From a virus (Duplodnaviria > Caudoviricetes): a stretch of DNA of 50,252 bases. Made by a program: the position numbers and the translations under genes. Location: positions 1 to 50,252 of IMG/VR virus record IMGVR_UViG_3300033049_000162; one strand, 5' to 3'. How positions within the stretch are numbered: the first letter of the stretch is position 1; every line of letters starts with the position of its first letter. This document shows positions 35,208-44,897 of the stretch, one piece after another. The notes below the pieces were generated by a model. That model ran no database searches. It was not told the DNA's origin and saw only the letters and a list, made by a program, of their open reading frames with translations.

Positions 35208-36530
35208 TTAGTACTGAATATAACCAGCTGCTTTCCCACGTGGTTTCCAACGGATAAAACGCTCACCACGAATAGCAATCAAATCATCTTGATACGTACT
35301 GATCCACTTTGGAGCTACATCAGTGCCTACGTTAATTGATGCTTCAGAGCTGATCGCAAAATCCACACCGCCATCATCGGCAAGCAAAATTTGTGATGGC
35401 AACACCAGAACAATTTTGTCAGCACATGCAGCAGAAATTTCAACTGGTAACGTTAATAGCTCTTTTGCGCCATTCAAATTCATACCTTCAAAATATTTTT
35501 TGCCTAGCGCATCACGCAATACACTTAACTGAGCAGCACGTGTTTCAGACATCACCCAGCTTGCACCATCCAAGGTAAGTCCTGCATCAAGGACACTTTG
35601 AATTACTGCCAATAAATCTGCTTCAATGGCTGCACCAGAAACACCTGAGCTTGGAATAGCAGCTACACCATTTAAGATAGATGCAGGACTATCTGTGGAT
35701 TCCGCTTTGGTTGGATCAAAAAACTGAGCATCAATAAATGTTGCAGTGGCCTTAAGTAAATCATCCAGTACCAGACCATCAGCTTTAGGATTAGAAAAAC
35801 GCACTAATTCTTCTGAAAGCATAACGATACCAGCAACTTTAGATTTCGTTAATGTCATACTACCAAAGGTAGGATTAGTTACAGGCTTGGTTTTGGCTTC
35901 ACCTACCCAATTGACTGTAGATGCACCTGTTTGAGAAGGCACTTTAATGTTAAATGGCACTCCACGCATACGCCCAGCCAACTTATCTACAGCTGTTTTA
36001 CCACGTAATAATTCAATAAATTCGCCAGATAAAACCTGAAAATCTACCAAAGATGCCCCAAAAGTTGGTTCAGTAGTTGTACCAACTAAAGCTTTTTGAG
36101 TAACTGCATTTTTAATAATTTCTGGTGCATTCCAAGAATCCAGTACTTGAGATGCGGTAACAGCTCCTTTACTTAGTGCTGCAACAGCTTGGGCTTTAAC
36201 TGCAATCGCATAACCAATCCCTTTAGGTAAAGCACTTTCAGTTTTGATTGCTTCTTTACCCTGTGTTGTATCTTTACCTTCTTTTGGATTAGCCCCTACA
36301 ACAGGTGTTGTGGTATCAGCTAATTCATCCTGAGACTTTTTAAGATCCTCAAGACGTTTAAGATTTAAACGCAGATTTTCAAGCTCTGATTCAAACCCCT
36401 TAATGGCTGTTTCATCTTCTCCTTCTGGCGTTTTACCATCTTTCAGACACTTTTCCATGACACCTGTCATTTTCTTTTCAGTATCTTTGATCGTTTCTTT
36501 GATCTTGTCGATATGTTCTTGCAAAGTCAT
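35208..36530 (-). CDS. Major capsid protein (HK97 fold with delta domain)
   Basis: Coiled-coil N-terminus; WVGEA...KVAGIV.LSEEL; followed by terminator AGCCCCTAA/TTAGGGGCT. Confidence 0.94.
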   Translation of the reverse strand: MTLQEHIDKIKETIKDTEKKMTGVMEKCLKDGKTPEGEDETAIKGFESELENLRLNLKRLEDLKKSQDELADTTTPVVGANPKEGKDTTQGKEAIKTESALPKGIGYAIAVKAQAVAALSKGAVTASQVLDSWNAPEIIKNAVTQKALVGTTTEPTFGASLVDFQVLSGEFIELLRGKTAVDKLAGRMRGVPFNIKVPSQTGASTVNWVGEAKTKPVTNPTFGSMTLTKSKVAGIVMLSEELVRFSNPKADGLVLDDLLKATATFIDAQFFDPTKAESTDSPASILNGVAAIPSSGVSGAAIEADLLAVIQSVLDAGLTLDGASWVMSETRAAQLSVLRDALGKKYFEGMNLNGAKELLTLPVEISAACADKIVLVLPSQILLADDGGVDFAISSEASINVGTDVAPKWISTYQDDLIAIRGERFIRWKPRGKAAGYIQY

Positions 36531-37153
36531 ACGAGTTTTACTCCAGTAGATTTAAACTTAGGTGAATCAAGCAGCTTTACCCCACCCAATTTAGGTACTG
36601 GAGCTGCTGGTTGTTGTGAAACAGGTGATTTACATGGCAAAGATTTTTCTTTGTCATTGTCAGATAACTGTTTTTGTTCAGGATGGCAAAGTGATTTAAT
36701 ACCTGTAATTGTTGCCTCTTGATTGGCTGGAATGGTTACAGCTGAAAGCTCATACCAATCCCATTTAATGAACTTGTAGCCCCAAGTTCCTTGAATATCT
36801 GCCATTTCAAGACCACGAAACCCAATGGATAAACCACGCACTAGACCTGTTTTAATACTGTCCCAAGCCTCTTGTAGTCGTTTTTTTAATTCATCAGATT
36901 CCACATCATCTGGCTTAACAAGTTGAATAACGACCTTTATGCCATCATCAGTGACTTGAGCCTCTGTTACATTTCCAATCGGCTGTCGTTTATCGTGTTG
37001 CCACAGGAATGGCACAGGCAATGTAAATTGCGCACCTTTAGGCTCAACAACATCATCAACACGGTCAGGCGTAGGTGTGGTTGCTATACCCTCAAGCTTC
37101 CACTCGTCATCATTCACTGACTTGACCTCAAGCAAGCTATAAGCAAGCTTCAT
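36527..37153 (-). CDS. Prohead protease, HK97 gp4 family
   Basis: LWQHD His, GLSIGF Ser, ELSAVTIPAN; SD AGGAG before ATG 37153. Confidence 0.93.
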   Translation of the reverse strand: MKLAYSLLEVKSVNDDEWKLEGIATTPTPDRVDDVVEPKGAQFTLPVPFLWQHDKRQPIGNVTEAQVTDDGIKVVIQLVKPDDVESDELKKRLQEAWDSIKTGLVRGLSIGFRGLEMADIQGTWGYKFIKWDWYELSAVTIPANQEATITGIKSLCHPEQKQLSDNDKEKSLPCKSPVSQQPAAPVPKLGGVKLLDSPKFKSTGVKLV

Positions 37154-37163
37154 TGTTTTTCTC

Positions 37164-37346
37164 CTAATTTTTACTACGCTGTAAGCCTGCTTTGAGTGAA
37201 TCCAACTTTTCACAAGCCAAAAAAAATCGCTCATCAATGTGAGCGACCTCTTGTTCTGATTTGCCTGAGGTTGTACAGGCTCCCAAATGGGAAATTTCAT
37301 GTTGAAGATGAATCATCTCCAATTTTATTCTTTCATTTCGTGTCAT
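37164..37346 (-). CDS. 60-aa hypothetical protein between TerL and protease
   Basis: ATGA overlap with the TerL stop. Confidence 0.6.
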   Translation of the reverse strand: MTRNERIKLEMIHLQHEISHLGACTTSGKSEQEVAHIDERFFLACEKLDSLKAGLQRSKN

Positions 37347-39034
37347 AAAAAATACACTCCAAAACTTTGACTTGCTGGTTCTGGGTTTAGGGACATCAAA
37401 GCTGTGGCATTTAAACTTGCAATGAATGGATCTATTTTAGCTTTACCACTTTCTTGCTTAGTCACCAGCAAATTATTTCCGCTGACTTTACAACGCACAT
37501 TACCCACTACCCAATTCATCATGGGCTGACCTGCATGCAAAAACTTTCCTTCCGCTATTTTCCGCTCAAGTGTTATCGTTGGTGCAGACAGCTTCCATCC
37601 CTGCTGAATACCAATCAATAATTCAAAAGGAATACCCGATTCCAACAAACCATCTTGTAATGATGGCATTCCTTCTTTATCTAAGCCTATTGCAAACTTT
37701 TCAGGAAACTTCCCTGCATCATATATTTTTTTGAGAATCCCCCCAGCTTGCTTAACATCATCACCAATTTTCTCGACGATAACCAAGTCACCTTGTTTAG
37801 CAAAATCTTGCAATGCTGGTGCGATTTCTTTACGACGATCTAGAGCAATTGGATGAACCCAGGCACGATTCCAGCCATACCATATCGATGAATCTTTTTT
37901 GTCACGCCCGATCAAAGCCATACCGAACAAATCATCCAACCCACCACCATCTAACCCACCAACAATGACATCACACAGATCAATTAACTTTTCAATATTT
38001 AACCGATCTTTATATTCTGCCATCTGCCAGAAATCAGCACCTGACCACCGATTAGCGCGGAGCATCATGCCAATTTCTACATTCAAATGCTTAGCAAGAA
38101 AGTCGCGCTTTTCTGTTTCACCCGCATCAACCGCTTTTTGAAACTCAGTTACTAGATAATCAAGATCAACAGAAGCTCCAAGATTCGGATTGGTAATATA
38201 AAAATTCTCAGGTAACAAATGCAGATCATTTTCTAAATATTCTTTCGGGAATTCAAACAACAATGGCAAGAATGTTGGATCAATTTTCGTTCCATCTCGC
38301 ACATCACGGCTATAGTCTAATAATTGTTTAAATACACCCTGTGGCTGTTCATCTGACATTGTTGAAAGATAAATTACGCAACCTTCAGGTCTACTAACTA
38401 GACCACCTTTTGCTTCACGAAACATTGATGCTGCTTTTGGCCGTTTACCAAAAATCCAAACCTCATCAAACAAAATCCATGACGCTTTTTTACCTGCCGA
38501 TGCATCACTATCTGCTGCAACGACCTTAAGAACAGCGTGAGTGCCAAGATGCGTGACCGTTTTTGTATGCTCAGACACATTCATCATGCCACGCAGCTCT
38601 TCATCTTCACGAATGAAGTCACGGATCGGATTAAATGAATTGTCTGCAACTTCCTTTGTCGGAGCAATAATAATCAGCTCGGCAGAATTTCGAGAATTCA
38701 GTAACAAAGCAGTCAGCATGATGCCTGCCGCAATCGTTGATTTCGTATTTTTCTTTGAAATGAGCAAGAAAAATTCACGAATCAAACGCTTTTTTAGTAC
38801 TGGATCATAAGCGCCAAAAATCACGCGAACAAACCCTAGCACCCAATCTAATGTGACATCACCCATTTTTGGGCTACCCATCACATCAACTAGAATTAAA
38901 TCTTTAAAAATTCGTTCAGCAATATCAGCAACATGAGGAAATAATGGCTCACATGGCAACAAACTACGCTTTTCCACAATTCGCAACGCCCAGTCTGGGC
39001 ATGCTGTTGTCCAAACTGGAGGCATTACGGTCAT
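37343..39034 (-). CDS. terL: Terminase large subunit
   Basis: Walker A ISKKNTKST, Walker B ILFDE, YLST, nuclease GLDGGGLDD and KIDP. Confidence 0.95.
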   Translation of the reverse strand: MTVMPPVWTTACPDWALRIVEKRSLLPCEPLFPHVADIAERIFKDLILVDVMGSPKMGDVTLDWVLGFVRVIFGAYDPVLKKRLIREFFLLISKKNTKSTIAAGIMLTALLLNSRNSAELIIIAPTKEVADNSFNPIRDFIREDEELRGMMNVSEHTKTVTHLGTHAVLKVVAADSDASAGKKASWILFDEVWIFGKRPKAASMFREAKGGLVSRPEGCVIYLSTMSDEQPQGVFKQLLDYSRDVRDGTKIDPTFLPLLFEFPKEYLENDLHLLPENFYITNPNLGASVDLDYLVTEFQKAVDAGETEKRDFLAKHLNVEIGMMLRANRWSGADFWQMAEYKDRLNIEKLIDLCDVIVGGLDGGGLDDLFGMALIGRDKKDSSIWYGWNRAWVHPIALDRRKEIAPALQDFAKQGDLVIVEKIGDDVKQAGGILKKIYDAGKFPEKFAIGLDKEGMPSLQDGLLESGIPFELLIGIQQGWKLSAPTITLERKIAEGKFLHAGQPMMNWVVGNVRCKVSGNNLLVTKQESGKAKIDPFIASLNATALMSLNPEPASQSFGVYFL

Positions 39035-39484
39035 TTAATTTCTCAACTGATTTTCTAATGTTGCAAACTTACCTGCTTTCGCAGCTTCTTGAGCATCATT
39101 TTCCTTTTGCTCTTTCTTGCCTTTTTCTGCAATTTTACCTGTTTCATATGGCAGCGCTGCTTTGGCTGCTTCAATACGTATCTTGCGATCAATTGCAGGA
39201 TTCTTATAAATATATTGCAAAAACTCTAACGAACTGTTTATATTCTCCATGTCCTTAGATTCTGCATTTATTGCAGCTTGACCAAGTGGCATATGAGCAA
39301 TACCCCCGCCCCCCCTTAAATTCAAGCTCGCCAGATATGCAACTACCTCGGGATTTTCAGCTAACTGACTTCCACGACTAGCCGCTGACCCTTTTGAATA
39401 GCCAGCCAACTCAGCTGCTTCCTTATTTGACTTGCCCTGCATTTTCGCCTGGGCAAAAGCTTTCATCTTTTCAGTTAAAGCCAT
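39035..39484 (-). CDS. terS: Terminase small subunit
   Basis: HTH KEAAELAGYS; RIEAAKAALPY; abuts terL. Confidence 0.9.
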   Translation of the reverse strand: MALTEKMKAFAQAKMQGKSNKEAAELAGYSKGSAASRGSQLAENPEVVAYLASLNLRGGGGIAHMPLGQAAINAESKDMENINSSLEFLQYIYKNPAIDRKIRIEAAKAALPYETGKIAEKGKKEQKENDAQEAAKAGKFATLENQLRN

Positions 39485-39554
39485 ATTCACCTCAAAACGT
39501 CAAAAAATTAAGATATTTATCTGATTTTCAAAAAAGTTTATTTACTTTTTCCTC

Positions 39555-39635
39555 AAATGAGATTTTTTTTATAAATGAGAGAGGCGGCGGTGTCCGCTGG
39601 TAGTACCTTAAAAATTTTTTGATACCCCCCACCGA
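39555..39635 (-). other. cos: Probable cos site region
   Basis: GGGGGG run then GGACACCGCCGCCTCTC and A tract, between HNH and terS as in HK97-like phages; exact cut site not determined. Confidence 0.65.
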
Positions 39636-39770
39636 GCTTTTTTATGCACCATTTTGGTGCAATATCTATTTTATTAAAATGTTCCACGAATATCTTAATA
39701 AAATAGATATTAAGGGCTTGTTCCACGGAAAAGCCCTGTCAATATTTAATTAACTACACTTGGATTTTTA

Positions 39771-39926
39771 TTAAAGTTGTTGATGCTGAAGCTTCCAAGC
39801 CATATGGACCATCTGGACAGCAAGTAATCGGTAGATGTCACCATCTTTCAAGAATAATGCATCACCATGTTTGTAGCGCATATTTGTATAGAAATACTGG
39901 CTTTCAAACCACTCTTCAAATGTCAT
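39771..39926 (-). CDS. 51-aa hypothetical protein (not in ORF track)
   Basis: MTFEEWFESQYFYTNMRYKHGDALF...; ATGA overlap with the HNH stop. Confidence 0.6.
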   Translation of the reverse strand: MTFEEWFESQYFYTNMRYKHGDALFLKDGDIYRLLAVQMVHMAWKLQHQQL

Positions 39927-40240
39927 CGTATCATCATCCCTGCTTTGCTTTCTTCAGCTGACTTTTCGTCATGACAAACTTTGCAAAGTGACTGAAGATT
40001 ATCTAAATCATCAGTACCACCTTGCGCCTTATTCACAATGTGATCACACTCAAGATCCATCGTAATGCGACCACATCGGCAGCATATCCATTGATCACGC
40101 TCATGGACCTGTTGTTTAATTCTGCGCCATGGTCTACCGCCACGACCTTGCCCATAGTTTTCTTGTTTGGGCAAGGTCGCCTGATTACTTTTTAAGGATG
40201 GCAGCGAGCTACCCAGCTTTGCTAATCGTTGTGTCATCAC
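39923..40240 (-). CDS. Packaging HNH endonuclease (HK97 gp74-like)
   Basis: CCRCG...CDHI...GGTD..DNLQSLC..CH; next to cos/terS. Confidence 0.9.
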   Translation of the reverse strand: MMTQRLAKLGSSLPSLKSNQATLPKQENYGQGRGGRPWRRIKQQVHERDQWICCRCGRITMDLECDHIVNKAQGGTDDLDNLQSLCKVCHDEKSAEESKAGMMIR

Positions 40241-40596
40241 TTCACCGTATACAGTGTTCCAAGCACCGCCTTTGGAATTGGATTTAATATATTTAATTCA
40301 ATATTGCCCTGAACTCGTTGATAGCAACCGTCACATAAAGCTTGCCAATTATTAATATCCCAAAATAATACTTGGCTGGTCCCAGGTGACTGTATATGCG
40401 CAACATGTTCTGCAATGTTTTTATATTTACGTTTTGCACAATCTTGGCAAACAGGATTTACAAGCAAATATTCTGAACATGCTTTTTTCCAAAGCTTACT
40501 CTTATCAGTTTGAATTTTCTCTTTAGCACGTTGTTGTTGCTCAACATTTTGTTCATGTTGCTCCCAGAAATCCTCCCGCTTTTTTTTGGAAGACAT
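40237..40596 (-). CDS. Second, degenerate HNH-like protein
   Basis: P.CQDC...VAHI...LFWDINNWQALCDGCY. Confidence 0.75.
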   Translation of the reverse strand: MSSKKKREDFWEQHEQNVEQQQRAKEKIQTDKSKLWKKACSEYLLVNPVCQDCAKRKYKNIAEHVAHIQSPGTSQVLFWDINNWQALCDGCYQRVQGNIELNILNPIPKAVLGTLYTVK

Positions 40597-40629
40597 ATGA
40601 ATTCACCTATCAAATGATTATCCACAATA

Positions 40630-40788
40630 AAAAAAACCTGTATGTTTGCACGGTTCACACAAACATACAGGCATAAAAAAACCATCTTTTCAGATGGTTA
40701 GCTAAGATAAGCCTCAGTGTTTCAACTACAGCACTAAATACAGTTATCCATTGTGGTAAAAATTAACTTAAATTTGGTTTTTTGTCAA
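40630..40788 (-). promoter_or_regulatory. Late promoter (PR'-like) and two terminators
   Basis: TTGACA 40788-40783 -17 bp- TAATTT just after Q; hairpins AACCATCT/AGATGGTT and CCTGTATGTTTG/CAAACATACAGG, each followed by T tracts. Confidence 0.6.
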
Positions 40789-40797
40789 TTGCAAAGT

Positions 40798-41271
40798 TTA
40801 CTTAATTTTATAAATCTGAAAAATAATCTTGTCCTCTCCTTCAGCCAATTGCTCATTCAAGTCTACAAGTACAAATGCAATATGGTGATTCAAATGATTA
40901 CGAACTACTGTTCTACTCCAACCACAAATTATTCCCCGATTTCTTTCAGTTGAAGTGTAATTCGCAGGTACCAAACAGAATTCAGTCAAAGCAACAAGAA
41001 CAACAGCATATTGATAGTCAATATCTAAATCAGCATCAAGAAATCTTTGACGATATTTTGAGATCAATATTTTGCTGAATTTTTCAACATTTTGATTTGT
41101 ATTTGCTCCAAAATATTTTAAACGAATCAAGTTATCTTGAAGTTGAGATAATTTCGCATAGCTCATTGCAAGCAATACATCTTGTGCAGTGAGTTGTTGC
41201 ACACCTCCATCAATCCGATCTGCTTCATAATTAATTGTTCTTGGATTTAATAACCGTAAAAACTTTTCCAT
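40798..41271 (-). CDS. Q: Late antiterminator Q-like protein
   Basis: LTAQDVLLAM...LIRLKY Q-like N-terminus; last early gene before the late promoter. Confidence 0.6.
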   Translation of the reverse strand: MEKFLRLLNPRTINYEADRIDGGVQQLTAQDVLLAMSYAKLSQLQDNLIRLKYFGANTNQNVEKFSKILISKYRQRFLDADLDIDYQYAVVLVALTEFCLVPANYTSTERNRGIICGWSRTVVRNHLNHHIAFVLVDLNEQLAEGEDKIIFQIYKIK

Positions 41272-41284
41272 AATTCAAACTCCG

Positions 41285-41620
41285 TGTGAACGTGTGAATA
41301 ATGTGGGAATAAAATTTAAAAGTCGTTCACATGGTAAGCTATTGTTTTTATATTTAATTTTATTAAATGTGAATGAGTGAATAATAAAATATACGCGCAC
41401 GCGAAGAAAAAAAGCAGAAATAAGGGTTGAAATAGAAGTTGATATAAAACAGAGGGAATGAAAATAAATTCTCACGTATGCGCGAGAAAATTTATTCACT
41501 CGTTCACATTGCACATTTTTACTATTATTAATCAGTACATTACCGTGTGAACGAACGTGTGAACGAGGATTTTTGTCATTCCCATCGTTCACATCTAATA
41601 GCGTACAAGCTATTGTTTTA
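41285..41620. repeat. Putative replication origin of prophage 2 with octamer iterons in both orientations
   Basis: TGTGAACG at 41285, 41546, 41558; CGTTCACA at 41324, 41501, 41586; degenerate copies; two AAGCTATTGTTTT repeats; AT-rich spacer. Confidence 0.7.
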
Positions 41621-41647
41621 CTGAAAAAATCAGCAGTATTTAATTTA

Positions 41648-43462
41648 TCATGCGGTAAGAACATTTGGAACTCCTTTTTCAAATTCATTCACACCAATGC
41701 CGTACCAGTCCATTGCATTTTCACCAGCGGGGCATTCATTTACGCACACAATTAGTGATTGCTCTTCCTCACGACCATATCTCCAACGCTGTTTTTCAAG
41801 CAATTTTATCCCATCAATTTTCTTCATGTCTTCAGTAAATTTTCGATACGAATATTTGTGCTCCAATGTAGATGATGCCCATTCTTTGTATGAGTCATAT
41901 AACTGCCTTGCCTTGCAATTGACATACTTATATTTGGTTTCTCCAGCAACCCATTCATCAATAAAAACTTCGATGGACCGCTTACTTGCATTCATTAACG
42001 CCTTTTTTGCTTCCGTGATTGGTGGCTTATCATGCTTAAAACCATCTAGTGAGTAGGTCATCAAGTATGTATAAAATGCATCCAATCCATCTGACGCTAT
42101 TTCGCTATATACTTGTTCACTTAACTTTTCATCCAATTTATTCGCAGGTGCAATCACAAACCATCGGCGAGCCTCACCGTGTAAAGGAAAAGGGATATTC
42201 TCATTTGAAGCAAATGCCATATTAAAATAAGCAGGAACCTGTTTCTGAGGACGTTGCTTCTCATTAATCGTCACACTTTTAGCAGTAATTAAGGCATTTA
42301 GATAAGGTGTAACGTTGTATTTAGTAGCGTTTGTTGCAATTTCTTCACCAAAGATAAAAGCAGCATTATTTAGCCATCCATTGAACTGTGGACTTTCAAG
42401 CTCTTGTGATGTGATTACGCGGTGATATTTCCCATAAATTCCACCCATAACCTTTTCAAATAAGGTCGTTTTACCCGATCCTTGAATATGACTTGCCATC
42501 AGTACCGCACTATGTGCCTTTTGCCCTTCGTTTTGAAGCGGAAATGCAAGCCATTGAATTAACCATTTTTCAATATCAAGATCTCCATTACACAAACACC
42601 AAATCATTTTCAAAATTCCAGCACATCGTGACCGTACATCTGAAAATTCATACGGATTCCCGTCTTGATCCAGCAACCCTTTGACTGCATACCCCTCAAA
42701 TGTGTTGATGTAATTTGGGTCAATGTCAATTTTTCGCGTCGGATCAAAGATCAATTTTTCATAATCAATTTCACTTCGAGTCGGACTTTCAATCCATTTT
42801 TTATATTCATTCGGATACATAAGCTGAGAAGCCGACCAAGACACTACTCGATTCAACGACTTGTCATATAAAAATGTTTCACCTTTAAGCAAAATACAAT
42901 TTTTACTCATATTAGGGGCAACATGCCCAGCATCTTCAATTAATAATTTTTCAACTTCATCTTTTTCAAGCGTTTTGCGGTCATCATGGGCATACCAAAC
43001 TTTAAAGATGCTACTCAATGTATGTTTAAGAGAAGAAATCTTAAATTTATGATTTGTTTTTAAATCAAATGCATCATTACTACATGCAATCACAGCATAT
43101 CTATCCAATGCATTTTTTAGTTTAGCTTCAGGGCTATTTGGGTCAAGAACCCTAAAATCTCCTTCACCAATTGTTGTTTGCTGACTTTTCTGAGTAGGAT
43201 CATTCATTGGTGGTGCAAAATCTAATTTAAAATCACTATCGGATTTGTCGATAGCTACATCATTTCCTGACAATTGCCCCAAAGTTTGGTCGGCTGAATC
43301 TAAGGGGTGTGGGGAAACAGCAAAAGCAGAAAGTTGAGATGAAATTCCGCTCTCAATCTGCTCGCGCACCGCTTCAAGCCCGCGTAGCACATGCAAATCA
43401 TTAAAATCAGATGGTGGCTTTGATGTTGCTGTTGGCTGCTCAATAATTTCTTGGTCACTCAT
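41648..43462 (-). CDS. SF3 helicase (DUF5906/NrS-1-like) carrying the C-terminal Toprim element
   Basis: QGSGKTT Walker A, FGEE Walker B, FASNE motif C; N-terminal SDFNDLH..RGLEAVREQI. Confidence 0.88.
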   Translation of the reverse strand: MSDQEIIEQPTATSKPPSDFNDLHVLRGLEAVREQIESGISSQLSAFAVSPHPLDSADQTLGQLSGNDVAIDKSDSDFKLDFAPPMNDPTQKSQQTTIGEGDFRVLDPNSPEAKLKNALDRYAVIACSNDAFDLKTNHKFKISSLKHTLSSIFKVWYAHDDRKTLEKDEVEKLLIEDAGHVAPNMSKNCILLKGETFLYDKSLNRVVSWSASQLMYPNEYKKWIESPTRSEIDYEKLIFDPTRKIDIDPNYINTFEGYAVKGLLDQDGNPYEFSDVRSRCAGILKMIWCLCNGDLDIEKWLIQWLAFPLQNEGQKAHSAVLMASHIQGSGKTTLFEKVMGGIYGKYHRVITSQELESPQFNGWLNNAAFIFGEEIATNATKYNVTPYLNALITAKSVTINEKQRPQKQVPAYFNMAFASNENIPFPLHGEARRWFVIAPANKLDEKLSEQVYSEIASDGLDAFYTYLMTYSLDGFKHDKPPITEAKKALMNASKRSIEVFIDEWVAGETKYKYVNCKARQLYDSYKEWASSTLEHKYSYRKFTEDMKKIDGIKLLEKQRWRYGREEEQSLIVCVNECPAGENAMDWYGIGVNEFEKGVPNVLTA

Positions 43463-44373
43463 ACTGACTCCACTGTTTCAAATTTGGGTAAAATCACAAT
43501 ACCGCCAGTCGCAGCCAAAGCTTTATTAGCAGCTTTCAGTCCCGCATCTGGAGGATTTGAATGACTGTCGTCATCAGCACAAAATACAAACTGAGCATTT
43601 GGATATTTCTTTCTGAATTGTTTAGCGACTTTGTCGATGTTGCTTGACTGAAATGTTACAACTGTGGCGCGTCCTGTTGCTTCAAAAACGCTTGCACCTG
43701 TGGCATAACCCTCAACAAAACAAATAATCTGATTTGGTGCCGTAATTTGACCAATCAGAAAAAAACAGTCATTAATACGTCCACCAGGTAAATATGGCTT
43801 ATGTCCATCTGCATGGATTTCTTGAATATTCCAAATTTTGTCGTCTATATCGAAAAGCGGAATAACCAAATTCCCCTTTCCATTGACTTTACAGCCATGA
43901 TTAAGGACTTGCTTGCGTTCTAAATATGGGCAGTCACGGTCTACAGATTTGTATGACCATGTCCGTTTTGCACGCTTGGCTGCCGCTTCACGTTCTTTCT
44001 CTTCTTTTTGAGCTTGTTCCAGCTGTAAACGCTCGGATTTTTCACGCCATTTTTTTCGATCTTCTTCAGTCACTTTACTTTCAGCAGAAAGCCCTAATAC
44101 AGCGCCAACTTCTTTTAAAACTTCTGAATATTTCAAGCCTCTTGATTTTTCTACTAAAGAAAACCCATCACCTGCACCACATTGGTTACAAATCCATGTT
44201 CCTTTTCCCTGTTGATCATCAAACCTAAAACGATCTTTACCCCCGCAGATCGGGCAAGGACCATGTGTATTTTTATTACGTGGAACCTCAATCCCAAATG
44301 CTGGAAATATACAATCACGCCAACGCCCAATTGCTGCATCTCGAACTTGATCAAATGTTAGAGCCATATTCAA
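43459..44373 (-). CDS. Primase: Zn-binding + Toprim (P4 alpha N-terminus-like)
   Basis: HGPCPICGGKDRFRFDD...WICNQCGAGDG; EGYATG; CADDD. Confidence 0.92.
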   Translation of the reverse strand: MNMALTFDQVRDAAIGRWRDCIFPAFGIEVPRNKNTHGPCPICGGKDRFRFDDQQGKGTWICNQCGAGDGFSLVEKSRGLKYSEVLKEVGAVLGLSAESKVTEEDRKKWREKSERLQLEQAQKEEKEREAAAKRAKRTWSYKSVDRDCPYLERKQVLNHGCKVNGKGNLVIPLFDIDDKIWNIQEIHADGHKPYLPGGRINDCFFLIGQITAPNQIICFVEGYATGASVFEATGRATVVTFQSSNIDKVAKQFRKKYPNAQFVFCADDDSHSNPPDAGLKAANKALAATGGIVILPKFETVESV

Positions 44374-44885
44374 TGATCCTCATGTTTGAGATCATTTTCA
44401 GATTTCTTACGTGCCAAATTTTTCAACGTTGCCACCGCACTGATCAGTTCCATGGCATGCTTTTCAATCATTGCCATTTCAACATCTGTAATGATGTGAT
44501 CTTTTAACGACTCACTTAAACCATTAAAAAGTTCACCAACCTTATTCGAGACTTCGCCAATGTTTGCGAGAAATGAACAGTCTCCAATAATTTCAAAATT
44601 AGGATATTGATAAATTGCAACATTCTCATACATCGAAGCCATGCTTTGTAAAATGCGAATATCTTTTGTATATGACGCAATCGCTTCAATTTGCTCAGGT
44701 TTTAAATGAAATTGATCATTATTGACATCAACTGCTTTGCTAAATGTCATTGAATTGAATCCATATATTTCAGCTATTGCTGACTTACTTCCATGTCTGT
44801 CTTTGCAAGCACGATATAAAGCAACATCCAGCGGAAGCACAGCATGCTCTGCTGCATAATTTGATAAAAATGATTTCATATCCAA
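44370..44885 (-). CDS. CII-family regulatory protein (phage 186/CP76-like)
   Basis: N-terminal HTH, helical C-terminus with DHIITDVE; follows cro. Confidence 0.7.
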   Translation of the reverse strand: MDMKSFLSNYAAEHAVLPLDVALYRACKDRHGSKSAIAEIYGFNSMTFSKAVDVNNDQFHLKPEQIEAIASYTKDIRILQSMASMYENVAIYQYPNFEIIGDCSFLANIGEVSNKVGELFNGLSESLKDHIITDVEMAMIEKHAMELISAVATLKNLARKKSENDLKHEDH

Positions 44886-44897
44886 TTTGCTCCCATT

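Noticed and set aside
40618-40626. Perfect DnaA box TTATCCACA in the late leader
   Set aside because: A single 9-mer is expected by chance in AT-rich 50 kb; no box cluster and not at the iteron origin
41275-41688. 137-aa minus-strand ORF
   Set aside because: Runs through the iteron array with repeat-derived residues and no recognisable motif
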